Of a DNA stretch of 64,000 nucleotides, positions 1-10,063 are shown in pieces (the first letter of the stretch is position 1; each line of letters starts with the position of its first letter). The translations under genes and the position numbers were made by a program. The stretch comes from Candidatus Micrarchaeota archaeon (lineage in GTDB: Archaea; Micrarchaeota; Micrarchaeia; Anstonellales; JAHKLY01). A model generated the notes under the pieces. The model saw nothing but the letters and a program-made list of their open reading frames with translations. It did not search any database and had not been told where the DNA came from. Location of the stretch: assembly GCA_020854825.1 (NCBI GenBank), contig JAHKLY010000002.1, positions 128,001 to 192,000 on the forward strand. The letters are read 5' to 3'.

Positions 1-276
1 ATTCAAAACTAATTGAATTCCAAAAATAATTAATGCCAATTTAACTTCTTTTTTCTTAATCCCTTTTGAATAAATTAAATATGCTGAAATTCCCATTAAG
101 ACATATAATATAGTCCAAACTGGTCCAAATACCCAATTTGGAGGATTAAAAGAAGGTTTATTGATACTTTCATACCAGGTAGGTATATTTTGAGTTGTAA
201 ATATTGAACCTATTATTCCTGCTAACAAACAGAGGATTATAAATCCTATTAAAATTCCTGCATTTTTTAACTTCAT
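1..276 (-). CDS. tspO: TspO/MBR tryptophan-rich sensory protein (partial, runs off the window start)
   Basis: Manual translation from ATG at 276: MKLKNAGILIGFIILCLLAGIIGSIFTTQNIPTWYESINKPSFNPPNWVFGPVWTILYVLMG. Matches the TspO motif WY..L.KP.FNPPNWVFGPVW. Confidence 0.9.
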   Translation of the reverse strand, partial: MKLKNAGILIGFIILCLLAGIIGSIFTTQNIPTWYESINKPSFNPPNWVFGPVWTILYVLMGISAYLIYSKGIKKKEVKLALIIFGIQLVLN

Positions 277-327
277 AAGTTATACTACTTTGATTAACTA
301 TAAAAAGCTTTTGCGTATTAAAAATAT

Positions 328-900
328 ATGGAAAATATTTTGAAAATTCTTAAACTTTATAAATTAAAGACAATTTATCGTGAAAATTCTGTTGAAAATA
401 GAAAAGAAAGTGTTGCATAATATACTTGGAGTAGTATGCTTCTTGCAGATTATTTTTTAGATGTATTTAAACAAAAAGGATTTGAACCTAAAATAAACAG
501 AGAAAGAGTATTTCAACTTCTTTTATATCACGATGTAGTTGAAATTGAAACAGGAGATATTTCTATACATTTAGAAGATGCGAGAGAGGGAAAAGAAGAA
601 AAAGAAAAATTGGCAATTCAAAAATTGAGTAAAGAAGTCCCAAAAGAATTAGAAGAAAAACTTATTGAAATGTTTTATGAGTATGAAAATCATAAAACAA
701 TTGAAGCAAAATTTGCTAAAGCTATTGATGTTTTAGATGCTCAAATTCATGAAATAGATTATAAAAACGATTGGATAGGATGGACAGCAGATATTTTATA
801 TAAACATAAAAAAAATAAGGTTAAAGAATTTCCAATCTTGGATGAATTTTTTGAAGAATTAATTGATTTTCTTAAAAAAGATGGGTATTTTGATCAATAA
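328..900 (+). pseudogene. HD-domain hydrolase (YfbR/HDDC2-like) interrupted by an in-frame TAA at 418-420
   Basis: ATG at 328 gives MENILKILKLYKLKTIYRENSVENRKESVA*YTWSSMLLADYF, in frame with ORF 436-900 (YHDVVE, AKAIDVLD). The family motif ESVAEH reads ESVA*Y here. Confidence 0.8.
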
Positions 901-967
901 ATTATGAATATGTTTATAACACATTTATATATTTTCTTATTCTAAATATTTAATAGGAGGTGGGGTT

Positions 968-1369
968 ATGAAAGAAATAACTGTAATAACAAAAAATGAA
1001 ATTGGTGCGTTAGCTGAAGTATGTAGTATTCTAGGTAAAGCAGGCATTAACCTCCAAGGGATATCTGCTAATGGAGTTGATAATAAAGGTATTATCAAAA
1101 TTATAACTAGTGATCCGATCTCAAGTGAAAACTTCTTAAATAAAAAAGGATATAAAACAAAAATAAATGATGTGATTGTTGCTAAAATTAATGATCGACC
1201 AGGAGAATTAAGTAAACTAATTGAAAAACTATCTAGAGAACGAGTAAATTTGGAATCTGTATACTTGTTAAATAATACAAAAGGAATAGTGGAAATTGCT
1301 ATAATACCAGAAAGAACAGAAGATATCGAAAAAATAACAGATATGATAGGCAAAGGATATATTGCTTAG
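968..1369 (+). CDS. ACT-domain protein (two ACT repeats)
   Basis: NEIGALAEVCSILGKAGINL and NDRPGELSKLIEKLSRERVNL are typical ACT repeats. SD GGAGGTGG lies upstream. Confidence 0.85.
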   Translation: MKEITVITKNEIGALAEVCSILGKAGINLQGISANGVDNKGIIKIITSDPISSENFLNKKGYKTKINDVIVAKINDRPGELSKLIEKLSRERVNLESVYLLNNTKGIVEIAIIPERTEDIEKITDMIGKGYIA

Positions 1370-1371
1370 TA

Positions 1372-2550
1372 TTAATTATTTGAATGTGCTTTGTATAATT
1401 CTTCAAAATGTTTGGACATCGCAGAAAATGCTTCTGAAAATAAAGAATAATTAGTTAATTTTTTCATAATATAATCTATTTCTTTTTTTAATTCTTCTTC
1501 AGTTATATTTGTAGTTTCAGCTAATGAAATAACCCAATTTGCCATATCCCATCTTAACCAATAAGAATTTTGTGGATCATTAAAAACTCCTTCTTTTGAT
1601 TCAGTTGCTTCAATAATTTTACCAGTTAAATGAAGCAAACAGGTTTTCATTTTTTTATTTTTTTCCATTTTTTTTATAGTTTCTTCAGTTAAAGGAATAT
1701 TTGCTTTTTCAAATAAGGGGGCAGATTCTTCAAATATCATTTTATCAAATTCTTCAAAAACTTTTGAAAATAATTCAATAGCTTTTCTAAGTTTTGATTT
1801 AAAGAATAAGAATTTATTTCCTTTTATATTTTCAGGGAGGTCCATTTTATCAATAAGTTCTCTTGTTTTTTTCTCTCCTTTTAAATATACTAAAATAGTT
1901 ATTCTACCAATTCTTTCAGCATCTAATATGATGTCATTTGAATATAATTTATACTCTTTTAAAATTTCATCTGCTTTTTGAATAGATTCTATAAAATATT
2001 TCTCACTTTCATTTTTATGAGTCAATAATATTCCATATGTAGATAATAACGTGTTAACATATTTAGGATATTTTTTATTTAAAAATTCGACAATAGGACT
2101 AAAACTTATTTTGTCTGTTTTTAATTTTTCATACCTGTTTAACATAGATAATTCATTAATTCCAAAAAGATCTTCTTTATAATTTAAGTCATCATCAAAA
2201 ATAATCTTTCCAGTTTTTAATGCTGCTACAAATACAAATGCTTGATCTTGAGAATCTAAAGTTAATAATTGTTCATATTTATTTTCAGTATTTAATAATT
2301 CTACAAAATCTTCATAACGTTTAAGTGTATATATTTCTAATATTTTTTCTCCTTCGAGAGTATTAAAGTTAATGTTTTTAAGTTCATGTCCCGTATAATT
2401 TTTGAATTTTGTAGTATTAATTTCATTTCTATTAATTGTTAACCAGTATTTCATATAAAATTGTACTTTATTTTTATCTAAAGTTTGCTGTTGTACGGAC
2501 CTATGCTTATGAGTCTTTGAAGGGTATGGCATATATTTATCTAGATACAC
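1372..2550 (-). CDS. hypothetical protein (start possibly ATG at 2532)
   Basis: 392-codon ORF with genome-typical composition and no recognised motif. Confidence 0.7.
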   Translation of the reverse strand: MYLDKYMPYPSKTHKHRSVQQQTLDKNKVQFYMKYWLTINRNEINTTKFKNYTGHELKNINFNTLEGEKILEIYTLKRYEDFVELLNTENKYEQLLTLDSQDQAFVFVAALKTGKIIFDDDLNYKEDLFGINELSMLNRYEKLKTDKISFSPIVEFLNKKYPKYVNTLLSTYGILLTHKNESEKYFIESIQKADEILKEYKLYSNDIILDAERIGRITILVYLKGEKKTRELIDKMDLPENIKGNKFLFFKSKLRKAIELFSKVFEEFDKMIFEESAPLFEKANIPLTEETIKKMEKNKKMKTCLLHLTGKIIEATESKEGVFNDPQNSYWLRWDMANWVISLAETTNITEEELKKEIDYIMKKLTNYSLFSEAFSAMSKHFEELYKAHSNN

Positions 2551-2563
2551 AAATTTATAATAC

Positions 2564-3766
2564 TTATTTAAAAAATAATTTTAGTTTTTGCAAAAACCCT
2601 TCTTGTTTTTGTTTACTTTCCATTTTATTTAAAAGAGACAATAATTCTTGACATCCCACAAGCTCTTGTTCTAATTTATTTTTTGAATACTCTTTTAATT
2701 CTTCTTTTTTGATTATGTATGTTTCATACTCGTTAAAAGAATAAATACTATCTCCATAAAGAATTATCTCATTAATAATTTCTTTAGAACATTCTATTGA
2801 TTTAAAAAATTCAATTAGATCATTACTCATTTTTTCATTTTTTTTCAAATTTAAAAAATTGGTTTTATCTAAATTAAATATTTTATCAAACCATACTCTT
2901 TCTTTACGTATTACTCTATTGAATTTTGATACTTCTGGATATACATATGCTAATTTTTGGTCTGAATAATCGAAATATTTATATAATTCTTGAAGATCCA
3001 TATTACTAAAGAATGTATCTTTATTAAATAAATTTTCTAACTCTTGTAATGTATCTAACTTAATAAAAGGAAAATCAAATTTAAAAAGATCTTCTGATTG
3101 TATCTTTTTAATTAAATCTTTAATTTTTAAATTCATTAAACTATAGATATACTCTTTTCTAATTTCTTCTAACTTATTGATGTTATCTAAGTATTTTTCT
3201 ACTAATTTAATATGTTCAATATTTATATTCTCTAATTCAATTAAATTATTTAAAAGTAAGGTTATTTTGTTAATTCTTGTTTCCAAATCAATTTTTTCAT
3301 TTTTTAATTGTTGCCCTAATGTGAGATATTTTTTATTTAAATTTTCAATTTCTTCAAAATACTTAAATTTATTTTTAACTTCTTCAATTTTTCTTTTTTT
3401 AAGTAATTCTATGATTTCTTTAAACTTTTCCCCTATATTACTAGATATTTTTCCTTCTTCCATCGCATTTAAAATAGTTGCTTCAAAAGAAAGATCTGTT
3501 TTATATGCTCTCTGCAGTTTTCTTCCTAATTTAAATTTTTGTCTTAAATCTTGATTTGATATTTCTTCTTGTTTTTTGATTCTTTCGGTTTTTTCAATTA
3601 ATTCTTCTAACCATTTTGTCAATTCTAATATATCTTTAAATTGTTCTTCTCCAAACTCGTTTATCTCTTCTAAGGTTCGAGAATATTGATTTTTTAAATT
3701 AAGAAGATCTTGTTTTTTATACATATACTTTATTAGATATAGATTACTTATAAAACTATTGTTCAA
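2564..3766 (-). CDS. hypothetical coiled-coil protein (start possibly ATG at 3724)
   Basis: 400-codon K/E/L-rich helical ORF. Confidence 0.7.
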   Translation of the reverse strand: MNNSFISNLYLIKYMYKKQDLLNLKNQYSRTLEEINEFGEEQFKDILELTKWLEELIEKTERIKKQEEISNQDLRQKFKLGRKLQRAYKTDLSFEATILNAMEEGKISSNIGEKFKEIIELLKKRKIEEVKNKFKYFEEIENLNKKYLTLGQQLKNEKIDLETRINKITLLLNNLIELENINIEHIKLVEKYLDNINKLEEIRKEYIYSLMNLKIKDLIKKIQSEDLFKFDFPFIKLDTLQELENLFNKDTFFSNMDLQELYKYFDYSDQKLAYVYPEVSKFNRVIRKERVWFDKIFNLDKTNFLNLKKNEKMSNDLIEFFKSIECSKEIINEIILYGDSIYSFNEYETYIIKKEELKEYSKNKLEQELVGCQELLSLLNKMESKQKQEGFLQKLKLFFK

Positions 3767-3805
3767 TGCGCTATGTTTTTAAACGTTTAAGTATATTAAT
3801 ATATA

Positions 3806-4714
3806 ATGTATAACACATTTGAAAAAAAGTTTATAGAACCTTTAACTAAATCTGAAATAAAACTCATAGGGGATAAAGGCCCCATGTTTAAAACAGATAA
3901 AGAAACTATCCGAGGAGTTGCTTATTTTGAAAGATTACATGAATTAGCTACAGATGAAAGAGGCAACTTTAAAAGAAATGGTATAGATTTTAGTAGTATA
4001 TTTTATTATTTTCCAAAAAAATCAAGTCCACACATAGTTCTTCTGCCTTCTGGATTTAGTTTTAATGAAAGAATTAGACATCATCCTTCTAGTTTTTTAA
4101 GATTTTTAAAATTTAAATTATCCAATTTTGATACTACTGATGAAAAAGAATTATACCATTTGTCTTTAAAATATCTAGCAGCAGAGTTAGCAAGTATGTT
4201 AGATGAAGAATATTCTTTTATTTTACCTATTTGTCATTCAAAAGGTTTTTCAATACATCTAGGGACTCAATTATCTAAAGTATTGGGTATTAATATAGAA
4301 TATGAATATGTTGAAACATTGAAAAATATAAAAACTCAAAGCACATTAAATACTTCAAAAAGATTATCTAATTTAAAAAAGTCTTTAAGACTTAAAAAGA
4401 AATTTCCGTTAAATTCAAAAATACTTCTTATTGATGATGTTATTACTACTGGAGCAACAATTCAAGAGTATCTTAGATTACTAGTTGGACAAGATGTAAA
4501 AACTATTATTAATTATAAAACAGAACCTATATTTGAAGAACATAGGATTTTCAATTCAAATTTAAAAAATTCTAGATTAAATTTTGTAGGAAATATTAAT
4601 GGAAACCTTGTTTATTGTCTTGATCTTCCTTTTTTTGAAGCAATAGAGACAATTGAAAAAGATTTAAAAGTTTTAGAGTTTGATAATGATATGCATTTTT
4701 GTAATTATCAATAA
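3806..4714 (+). CDS. ComF-like type I phosphoribosyltransferase-domain protein
   Basis: PRPP-binding loop ILLIDDVITTGAT preceded by a ComF-like Q..LN...RL.NL segment. Confidence 0.75.
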   Translation: MYNTFEKKFIEPLTKSEIKLIGDKGPMFKTDKETIRGVAYFERLHELATDERGNFKRNGIDFSSIFYYFPKKSSPHIVLLPSGFSFNERIRHHPSSFLRFLKFKLSNFDTTDEKELYHLSLKYLAAELASMLDEEYSFILPICHSKGFSIHLGTQLSKVLGINIEYEYVETLKNIKTQSTLNTSKRLSNLKKSLRLKKKFPLNSKILLIDDVITTGATIQEYLRLLVGQDVKTIINYKTEPIFEEHRIFNSNLKNSRLNFVGNINGNLVYCLDLPFFEAIETIEKDLKVLEFDNDMHFCNYQ

Positions 4715-4727
4715 AAAAAAGAAAAAA

Positions 4728-4880
4728 TTATTCTTCTTCTGCAAATCTCTTAATTTCTTCGATATGTTCAACTATTAATTGTGCTTTTCTTTTTCCAAAT
4801 TTAAATGGATATTGATCTGCATCATCTTTTTTTAGAACAATTAATTTATTTCCTTTAAATTCATCATATTCTACTACCAT
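4728..4880 (-). CDS. small hypothetical protein, 50 aa (missed by the ORF track)
   Basis: MVVEYDEFKGNKLIVLKKDDADQYPFKFGKRKAQLIVEHIEEIKRFAEEE*, with SD AGGTGA just upstream and a T-rich tract downstream. Confidence 0.8.
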   Translation of the reverse strand: MVVEYDEFKGNKLIVLKKDDADQYPFKFGKRKAQLIVEHIEEIKRFAEEE

Positions 4881-4898
4881 TTCATCACCTACAAAAAA

Positions 4899-5378
4899 TT
4901 ATTGTTTAACATTTATGATTGTTAAATTACTAAAAGTAATATTATTTAAAACTATGTTTGCCGTAATTGTATAATCCCCTTCTTTAATTCCTCCACAAAC
5001 ATTACATTTTGGTAGTTTAAATAAATATTTTTCACTATTATTTCCAATTGTTAAATCTATTGTTCTATCTTCTTTGAATCTATTATTTATTGCTCTAATA
5101 GATAAACTAGCATTTTTAAAATCCATATTTGATTCTATATTGATACTAATATTTACTTGTTGAGAAGACTTATATTCAAGTTTATCTGTAGAAATATTAA
5201 TTACCAAGTTTGGTTCAAGATCAAATTCATCATTTATATTGGAATTATTAGTTTCAGATATATTAATATGATCAGTTTCATTAGCTAAATCTTTATCGAT
5301 AGTATCTCCATTTAAGTTAGTTAAACAACCAAAAAATAAAGAAAAAAGAATAAAAATAAAAAGTAAGTTTTTTTTCAT
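4899..5378 (-). CDS. secreted or lipoprotein with an Ig-like domain
   Basis: Signal peptide ending in a lipobox-like FFGC, then a beta-rich domain containing CxxC. Confidence 0.7.
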   Translation of the reverse strand: MKKNLLFIFILFSLFFGCLTNLNGDTIDKDLANETDHINISETNNSNINDEFDLEPNLVINISTDKLEYKSSQQVNISINIESNMDFKNASLSIRAINNRFKEDRTIDLTIGNNSEKYLFKLPKCNVCGGIKEGDYTITANIVLNNITFSNLTIINVKQ

Positions 5379-5407
5379 TGAATTACACTTCCATAAACCA
5401 TGAAAAT

Positions 5408-5599
5408 TTAAACTTTTTTGACATTTACTGCTTTTGGTCCTTTTTCACCATCTTCAATTTCAAAGGATACTTTATCTCCTTCGTTTATTCTTGTTCCAGG
5501 AACTAAACCTGTTATGTGAACAAAATAGTCTGTTCCATCTTCGCCAGTAATAAAACCAAAACTTTTTACTGGATTAAAGAATTTTACTGTACCTTCCAT
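5408..5599 (-). CDS. cspA: cold-shock protein
   Basis: GTVKFFN...GFGFI (RNP1) and DYFVH (RNP2). SD GAGGTG upstream. Confidence 0.95.
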   Translation of the reverse strand: MEGTVKFFNPVKSFGFITGEDGTDYFVHITGLVPGTRINEGDKVSFEIEDGEKGPKAVNVKKV

Positions 5600-5692
5600 T
5601 TACTTTACACCTCTTTTTAAAGAATAACCCTTTCATTATATATATTAATGAAAAGTATTACTCTCAATACTACTAGAATTCTGAATGACACA

Positions 5693-7087
5693 TTATTTAA
5701 AACTATGTTTTATTTCATTTCTATAAAAAGGAGCGTTTACGACAAGAGTTTCATACTCTCCACCTTCTCCCATTACATTCAGGTTATATGTTTTAGATAA
5801 TTTTTTTAATTCTTCTAGAGTGTGTTTATCTAATATTCTACCTATCCATTTTTTATCAAAACCTTCTGCTGCAGTTTTTGTGATAATAATTGTAAAACCT
5901 TTATTTATCATTTCATTTAATAATTGTTCTTGATCTTCTCCCCATAAAGGAGTATAAGACTTTATTCCTAGTTTATTACAGATATTATGGATTCTTTTTT
6001 TTTGGTATTCAGAAGCTATTGCACCAGATATAATTCCTTGAATTTTATATTGTTCTATTGCAGTTTTAATCAATTTTTCTAAATCTTTTAATTCATCCTC
6101 TTTATTTCCATCTGTTTTTTGAAATATAATTGGTATACCTATGGAATTTGAGATATCACTAGCTAATTCAATAGTTGGAGTATGAAACATATAACTATCT
6201 TCATTTTTACTTTTAATAGTCATTAAACATGATATCTCATACCCTTTTTTCATCATTTTATACATAGCAAAAAGTGAATCTTTACCTGTACTTATCAAAG
6301 CACCCACTTTAATATTTAATAAATCACCAACATAATCTGATTTAAATTTAAATCCTTTGGATTTAGCAAGCCGTTCTATATCTTTATCTATTCCACTTCC
6401 ATACTGTACAGCAAGTTTTTGTCTCCAAGCATATTCTTTGGGTACTCCTAATTCTTCTGAAACTTGTCTAAGGATATATTTTTTATGTCCATCTTTAATT
6501 TTTAAATTTCCTGGAATTTTAAGAGAATGAGATATGAGGTCTTTATTTAAAAATGGAGTTAATAATGCAATATTAAAATATTTTGCTAAAGAATTATCCC
6601 TATCTAGATCTCTTTCTTTTAATGAATCTAACCCGCGTTTACATTCTTCGTTTATATTTTTTGCATGTGCATGTCTTTCGTATCCTGCGTAAAGTTCTTC
6701 TGTTCCCAATCCAGAAAATAAATGAGTAATCCCATCTTCACTTGCTTTTTTTATAGATAAATACAATGGTAGTGCAATACTTACAGTAACATAAGTGACA
6801 TTTTCTATAATATTAGAAACTTCAATTAATTCTTTTTCTAAATTTTTTGGTTTCACAATTTCAAGTTCAAAACCTAGTTCTTCAGCTGCTTTTTTTGCAA
6901 AAATACAATCTTTATAATCTTCTTCAGAAGAAGTAGTATAACATATGAAATCTATATTATTATCTTTTAGAATTTTAGCTATTAAAGTAGAATCAACTCC
7001 TCCTGAGAATAAAACTCCTATTTTACCATGTTTAGGTATCTCATTAAGTATAGATTTAGTTATTAATTGCTTGAGTTCATTATGCAT
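5693..7087 (-). CDS. dph6: fusion of an asparagine synthase C-terminal domain and diphthine-ammonia ligase
   Basis: N-half: LFSGGVDS, SGLGTEELYAGY, KKYILR. C-half: STGKDS, SYMFH, GAIASEYQ, GEGGEYET. Confidence 0.85.
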   Translation of the reverse strand: MHNELKQLITKSILNEIPKHGKIGVLFSGGVDSTLIAKILKDNNIDFICYTTSSEEDYKDCIFAKKAAEELGFELEIVKPKNLEKELIEVSNIIENVTYVTVSIALPLYLSIKKASEDGITHLFSGLGTEELYAGYERHAHAKNINEECKRGLDSLKERDLDRDNSLAKYFNIALLTPFLNKDLISHSLKIPGNLKIKDGHKKYILRQVSEELGVPKEYAWRQKLAVQYGSGIDKDIERLAKSKGFKFKSDYVGDLLNIKVGALISTGKDSLFAMYKMMKKGYEISCLMTIKSKNEDSYMFHTPTIELASDISNSIGIPIIFQKTDGNKEDELKDLEKLIKTAIEQYKIQGIISGAIASEYQKKRIHNICNKLGIKSYTPLWGEDQEQLLNEMINKGFTIIITKTAAEGFDKKWIGRILDKHTLEELKKLSKTYNLNVMGEGGEYETLVVNAPFYRNEIKHSFK

Positions 7088-7125
7088 ATTTATATTATGT
7101 GAGAATATCCTTATAAAAGTAAGTT

Positions 7126-8265
7126 TTAAATTGTAGCACTAATATTGTCTTTAGATTTTCCCAAAGGTATAGGTAAATATTTTTGAGCAGGCATAGTTTT
7201 TTTTTCATTTAACCAATTTCTGATTATATTCATTGTTTCATCAATAACAGGAGGTAAATATTTTTTTGAATTTACCCTTTGCTTTTTTTGAGATTTTAAA
7301 AAATTTAATGCATCTTTATCACCTAACATATCAAAAAAAACTTTTGCATATTCATATTTAGTAGAATAAAATATTTTAGCTACTTTTTTCATAACTCTTC
7401 TTTTGCAGATTAAATTTTTTTGACTTATTTCATACAAAATATCGAGTGAGTAATACCTTGAAAGAGTAAAAGTTTCATTATTTAATATGGAAGAACATAA
7501 AGCATCTATAACAATATTACTTTTTTTATGGGAACAGTTTGTTCCCATTTTAATTAGTACTTTTTTAAGATAATCTATTTTCCATTTTTGTTCATTTTGA
7601 TTATCTAATACTAAGATAGCCTCAATTAATTTCCCACAATTTTTTTTGGTTATATTTTTTTCAAAGAAATATGTATATCTCAAAAAACCTTCTTCTATAT
7701 TACAATTTAACATTGAATTCCAAATGATATTAAAGTCGTTAAAAAGTAAATTACTTTCAATTTCATTAATTACAAATTTAAGTCGATCATCTTGTAGATT
7801 CTCATTTGTTAAACAATGAATAAATTTTGGAATATATAATTTTTTTTCTAAATTAATAATACCATTTTGAACTAAGGGTAATAACGAATCATTTCCTTTA
7901 ATTAAAAATAATAAAACAGGGTATATAGGGGGAATTTTAGAATCTCTCATACATTCTTCCATAAACTTTTTTTCTTCAGAATTTGCTACTGGATAAAATT
8001 TGAAGAAATGTACTAATCCAGAATCACAAAGGTGTTCAGTTATTATCCATTTTATTGTATATAATTCATTAAAAGAATCGTTTCTTATTGCATGATGGAT
8101 ACGAGTTACAATAATTTTTGCCACTAAATCTCTAAGTTCCCAGTTTATATCAGAAATAAAGATTGCAAATTCTTTCATTGATTCTTCATTAGATTGCTCA
8201 AATAAATAAGCAATAAATTTTTTTAATTCGTGTTTGTTGACATCATTTGAAAATTGTAAACTCAT
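7126..8265 (-). CDS. hypothetical helical (HEAT-like) protein
   Basis: 379-codon ORF with no clear motif. Confidence 0.6.
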   Translation of the reverse strand: MSLQFSNDVNKHELKKFIAYLFEQSNEESMKEFAIFISDINWELRDLVAKIIVTRIHHAIRNDSFNELYTIKWIITEHLCDSGLVHFFKFYPVANSEEKKFMEECMRDSKIPPIYPVLLFLIKGNDSLLPLVQNGIINLEKKLYIPKFIHCLTNENLQDDRLKFVINEIESNLLFNDFNIIWNSMLNCNIEEGFLRYTYFFEKNITKKNCGKLIEAILVLDNQNEQKWKIDYLKKVLIKMGTNCSHKKSNIVIDALCSSILNNETFTLSRYYSLDILYEISQKNLICKRRVMKKVAKIFYSTKYEYAKVFFDMLGDKDALNFLKSQKKQRVNSKKYLPPVIDETMNIIRNWLNEKKTMPAQKYLPIPLGKSKDNISATI

Positions 8266-8273
8266 AAATTTAA

Positions 8274-8918
8274 TTAAACTAATTTATAAAGTTTCTTTTG
8301 CTCTTCAATTATGGATCCAATTTGAATAAGATCACTGATCATATAATCTGGAATAAATTCAGGTGTTTTTTTAGGTTTTCTTATCATCCATGCAGTTTTT
8401 ATACCTAGTGTACTGGCTACCACAAGGTTTTTTATTTTATCATCAATAAATAATATTTTATTTGGTTCACAATTACATTTCTTTATTAAAATATCATAAA
8501 CTTCTGGTTCTGGTTTTGAGTATCCTTCTTTACCTGTTAACACATTCACATCAAAAATGCCTTTTAATTGTGGAGAGATTAAAACTTCTTCTCCCCAAGA
8601 TTCTGAAATATTACTTAATAATCCAATTTTTATTTTTCCTTTTAAATTTAAACTTAATTGTTCAAAAGTGGGATCAATTAAAGATAAAACTTTATTCATA
8701 AAATTTTTTCGTATTTTTTCATAGTCTTGCACATCTATCTCTCTCCAAAATTTAGATTCAGATAATTGTCCTTTATCAAATTTATGGATTTTATCCATTA
8801 ACACATCATAATCAACTAACTCACCATTTGCTTGTAGAATTGTAAATAATAAATCTCCTAAACTACCTTTTTCTAAGATTACTCCGCCAAAATCAAAAAT
8901 TAAGTATTCATACCTCAT
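8274..8918 (-). CDS. HAD-superfamily hydrolase (YihX-like)
   Basis: IFDFGGVI, LSN, KPEPEVY and FIDD motifs. Confidence 0.9.
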   Translation of the reverse strand: MRYEYLIFDFGGVILEKGSLGDLLFTILQANGELVDYDVLMDKIHKFDKGQLSESKFWREIDVQDYEKIRKNFMNKVLSLIDPTFEQLSLNLKGKIKIGLLSNISESWGEEVLISPQLKGIFDVNVLTGKEGYSKPEPEVYDILIKKCNCEPNKILFIDDKIKNLVVASTLGIKTAWMIRKPKKTPEFIPDYMISDLIQIGSIIEEQKKLYKLV

Positions 8919-9532
8919 TCTATCAAATCCTCCAGTTGAATTAATTTAGGAACAATTAAATCTGCTTTACCGCTACATTTTTCAATGGGTTTTCGTAATA
9001 ATAATACAGTTTTAAGACCTTTGCTACTAGCCATATTAATATTATCTACATCTTGATCAATGACTAATGCATTTCCTATTTTATTTTTGATTATATCAAA
9101 TGCGATGTCATTTGGAAACATTGCCTCTAAATCTGATGATAAAATAGATAATTGAATCATTGAAGATAATCCAGATGAATCAAATATTTCTTCTGCCCAT
9201 TCTTTGGGTATATTACCATATACTCCTATTTTTTTATCCATAAACCCAGATATTAAAGGCAAAAAATCATTATCAAAAGAATATTCAAGTTTTTCTAGGA
9301 CTAATTTCCTTGGCATATGTATATCTGTTATACCAATATTTTGCCAAAATTCTTTTTCAATTATTTGTCCTTTACAAAACTTATCAAATTCAGTATTAAG
9401 TTCATTATTATTTTTCATTTTGCAATTTCTGATTGTATCCTTTATTATTTGAGGAATGTTTGAAAAAGTAAATACTCCTCCCTCTAAATTAAAGAAAACC
9501 GAATTACACCTTATTTTTTCCATACTGGTCAC
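8915..9532 (-). CDS. degenerate HAD-fold paralog
   Basis: Same layout as its neighbour, but motif I is FNLEGGV and motif IV is IDQD. ATGA overlap with the downstream HAD gene. Confidence 0.7.
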   Translation of the reverse strand: MTSMEKIRCNSVFFNLEGGVFTFSNIPQIIKDTIRNCKMKNNNELNTEFDKFCKGQIIEKEFWQNIGITDIHMPRKLVLEKLEYSFDNDFLPLISGFMDKKIGVYGNIPKEWAEEIFDSSGLSSMIQLSILSSDLEAMFPNDIAFDIIKNKIGNALVIDQDVDNINMASSKGLKTVLLLRKPIEKCSGKADLIVPKLIQLEDLIE

Positions 9533-9583
9533 AAATTAATTTCAAAAGAAAACTTAATAAGCCTTTCAGTTTAATATATCAAT

Positions 9584-9880
9584 ATGGGAAAAGTATATTT
9601 TACAAAAGACACAGAACCAACAAAATTTGTGATTGAACAAATATATGATCTTGCTGGTCGTTTAATTTTACATGGAACCGTAATGCACGGAGTCATAAAA
9701 CCTGGAATTGAAGGCAAAGTTAAGGGTAAAGAATTTATATTAGAACATATTGAACAAAAAAATATTCGATTAGATTATTTAGAAAAGGGAGAAACGGGCG
9801 ATTTAGTAATAAAAAGTAGAGATACACTTAAAAAAATTCATCCTGAAGATTTTGGAGTAGGTAAAATACTATTATTTTGA
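9584..9880 (+). CDS. stand-alone EF-Tu/EF-1alpha domain II-like beta-barrel protein (Pbp11-like)
   Basis: F.IEQIYDLAGRLILHGTVMHGVIKPG and HIEQKNIRLDYLEKGETG resemble EF-Tu domain II. Confidence 0.65.
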   Translation: MGKVYFTKDTEPTKFVIEQIYDLAGRLILHGTVMHGVIKPGIEGKVKGKEFILEHIEQKNIRLDYLEKGETGDLVIKSRDTLKKIHPEDFGVGKILLF

Positions 9881-9985
9881 CGCTAATTAACTCATACTAT
9901 AACTTTCTTATAGTTTTGTGTTCATTTATGTTTGAATAAATCAAAATAATGAATAATATTTTTAAATATATTTATTATAATACAT

Positions 9986-10063
9986 ATGCTCTTACCTTTA
10001 TGGAGAGCAAGGTGGGAGGTAAGGAAGGAGCCAGCGTGGTTAACCTGCCTTACCCTTCTTTTT
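9986..10063 (+). ncRNA. putative structured small RNA or leader upstream of serS
   Basis: GC-rich patch in an AT-rich spacer. Stems TGCTCT/AGAGCA and GGTAAGG/CCTTACC with inner AGCCA/TGGTT. TATA-like TTTAAATA at 9961 and a U-tract after the second stem. Confidence 0.5.

Noticed and set aside
418-420. Stop-codon reassignment (TAA read-through)
   Set aside because: TAA terminates most genes in the window, and the adjacent conserved His is also mutated.
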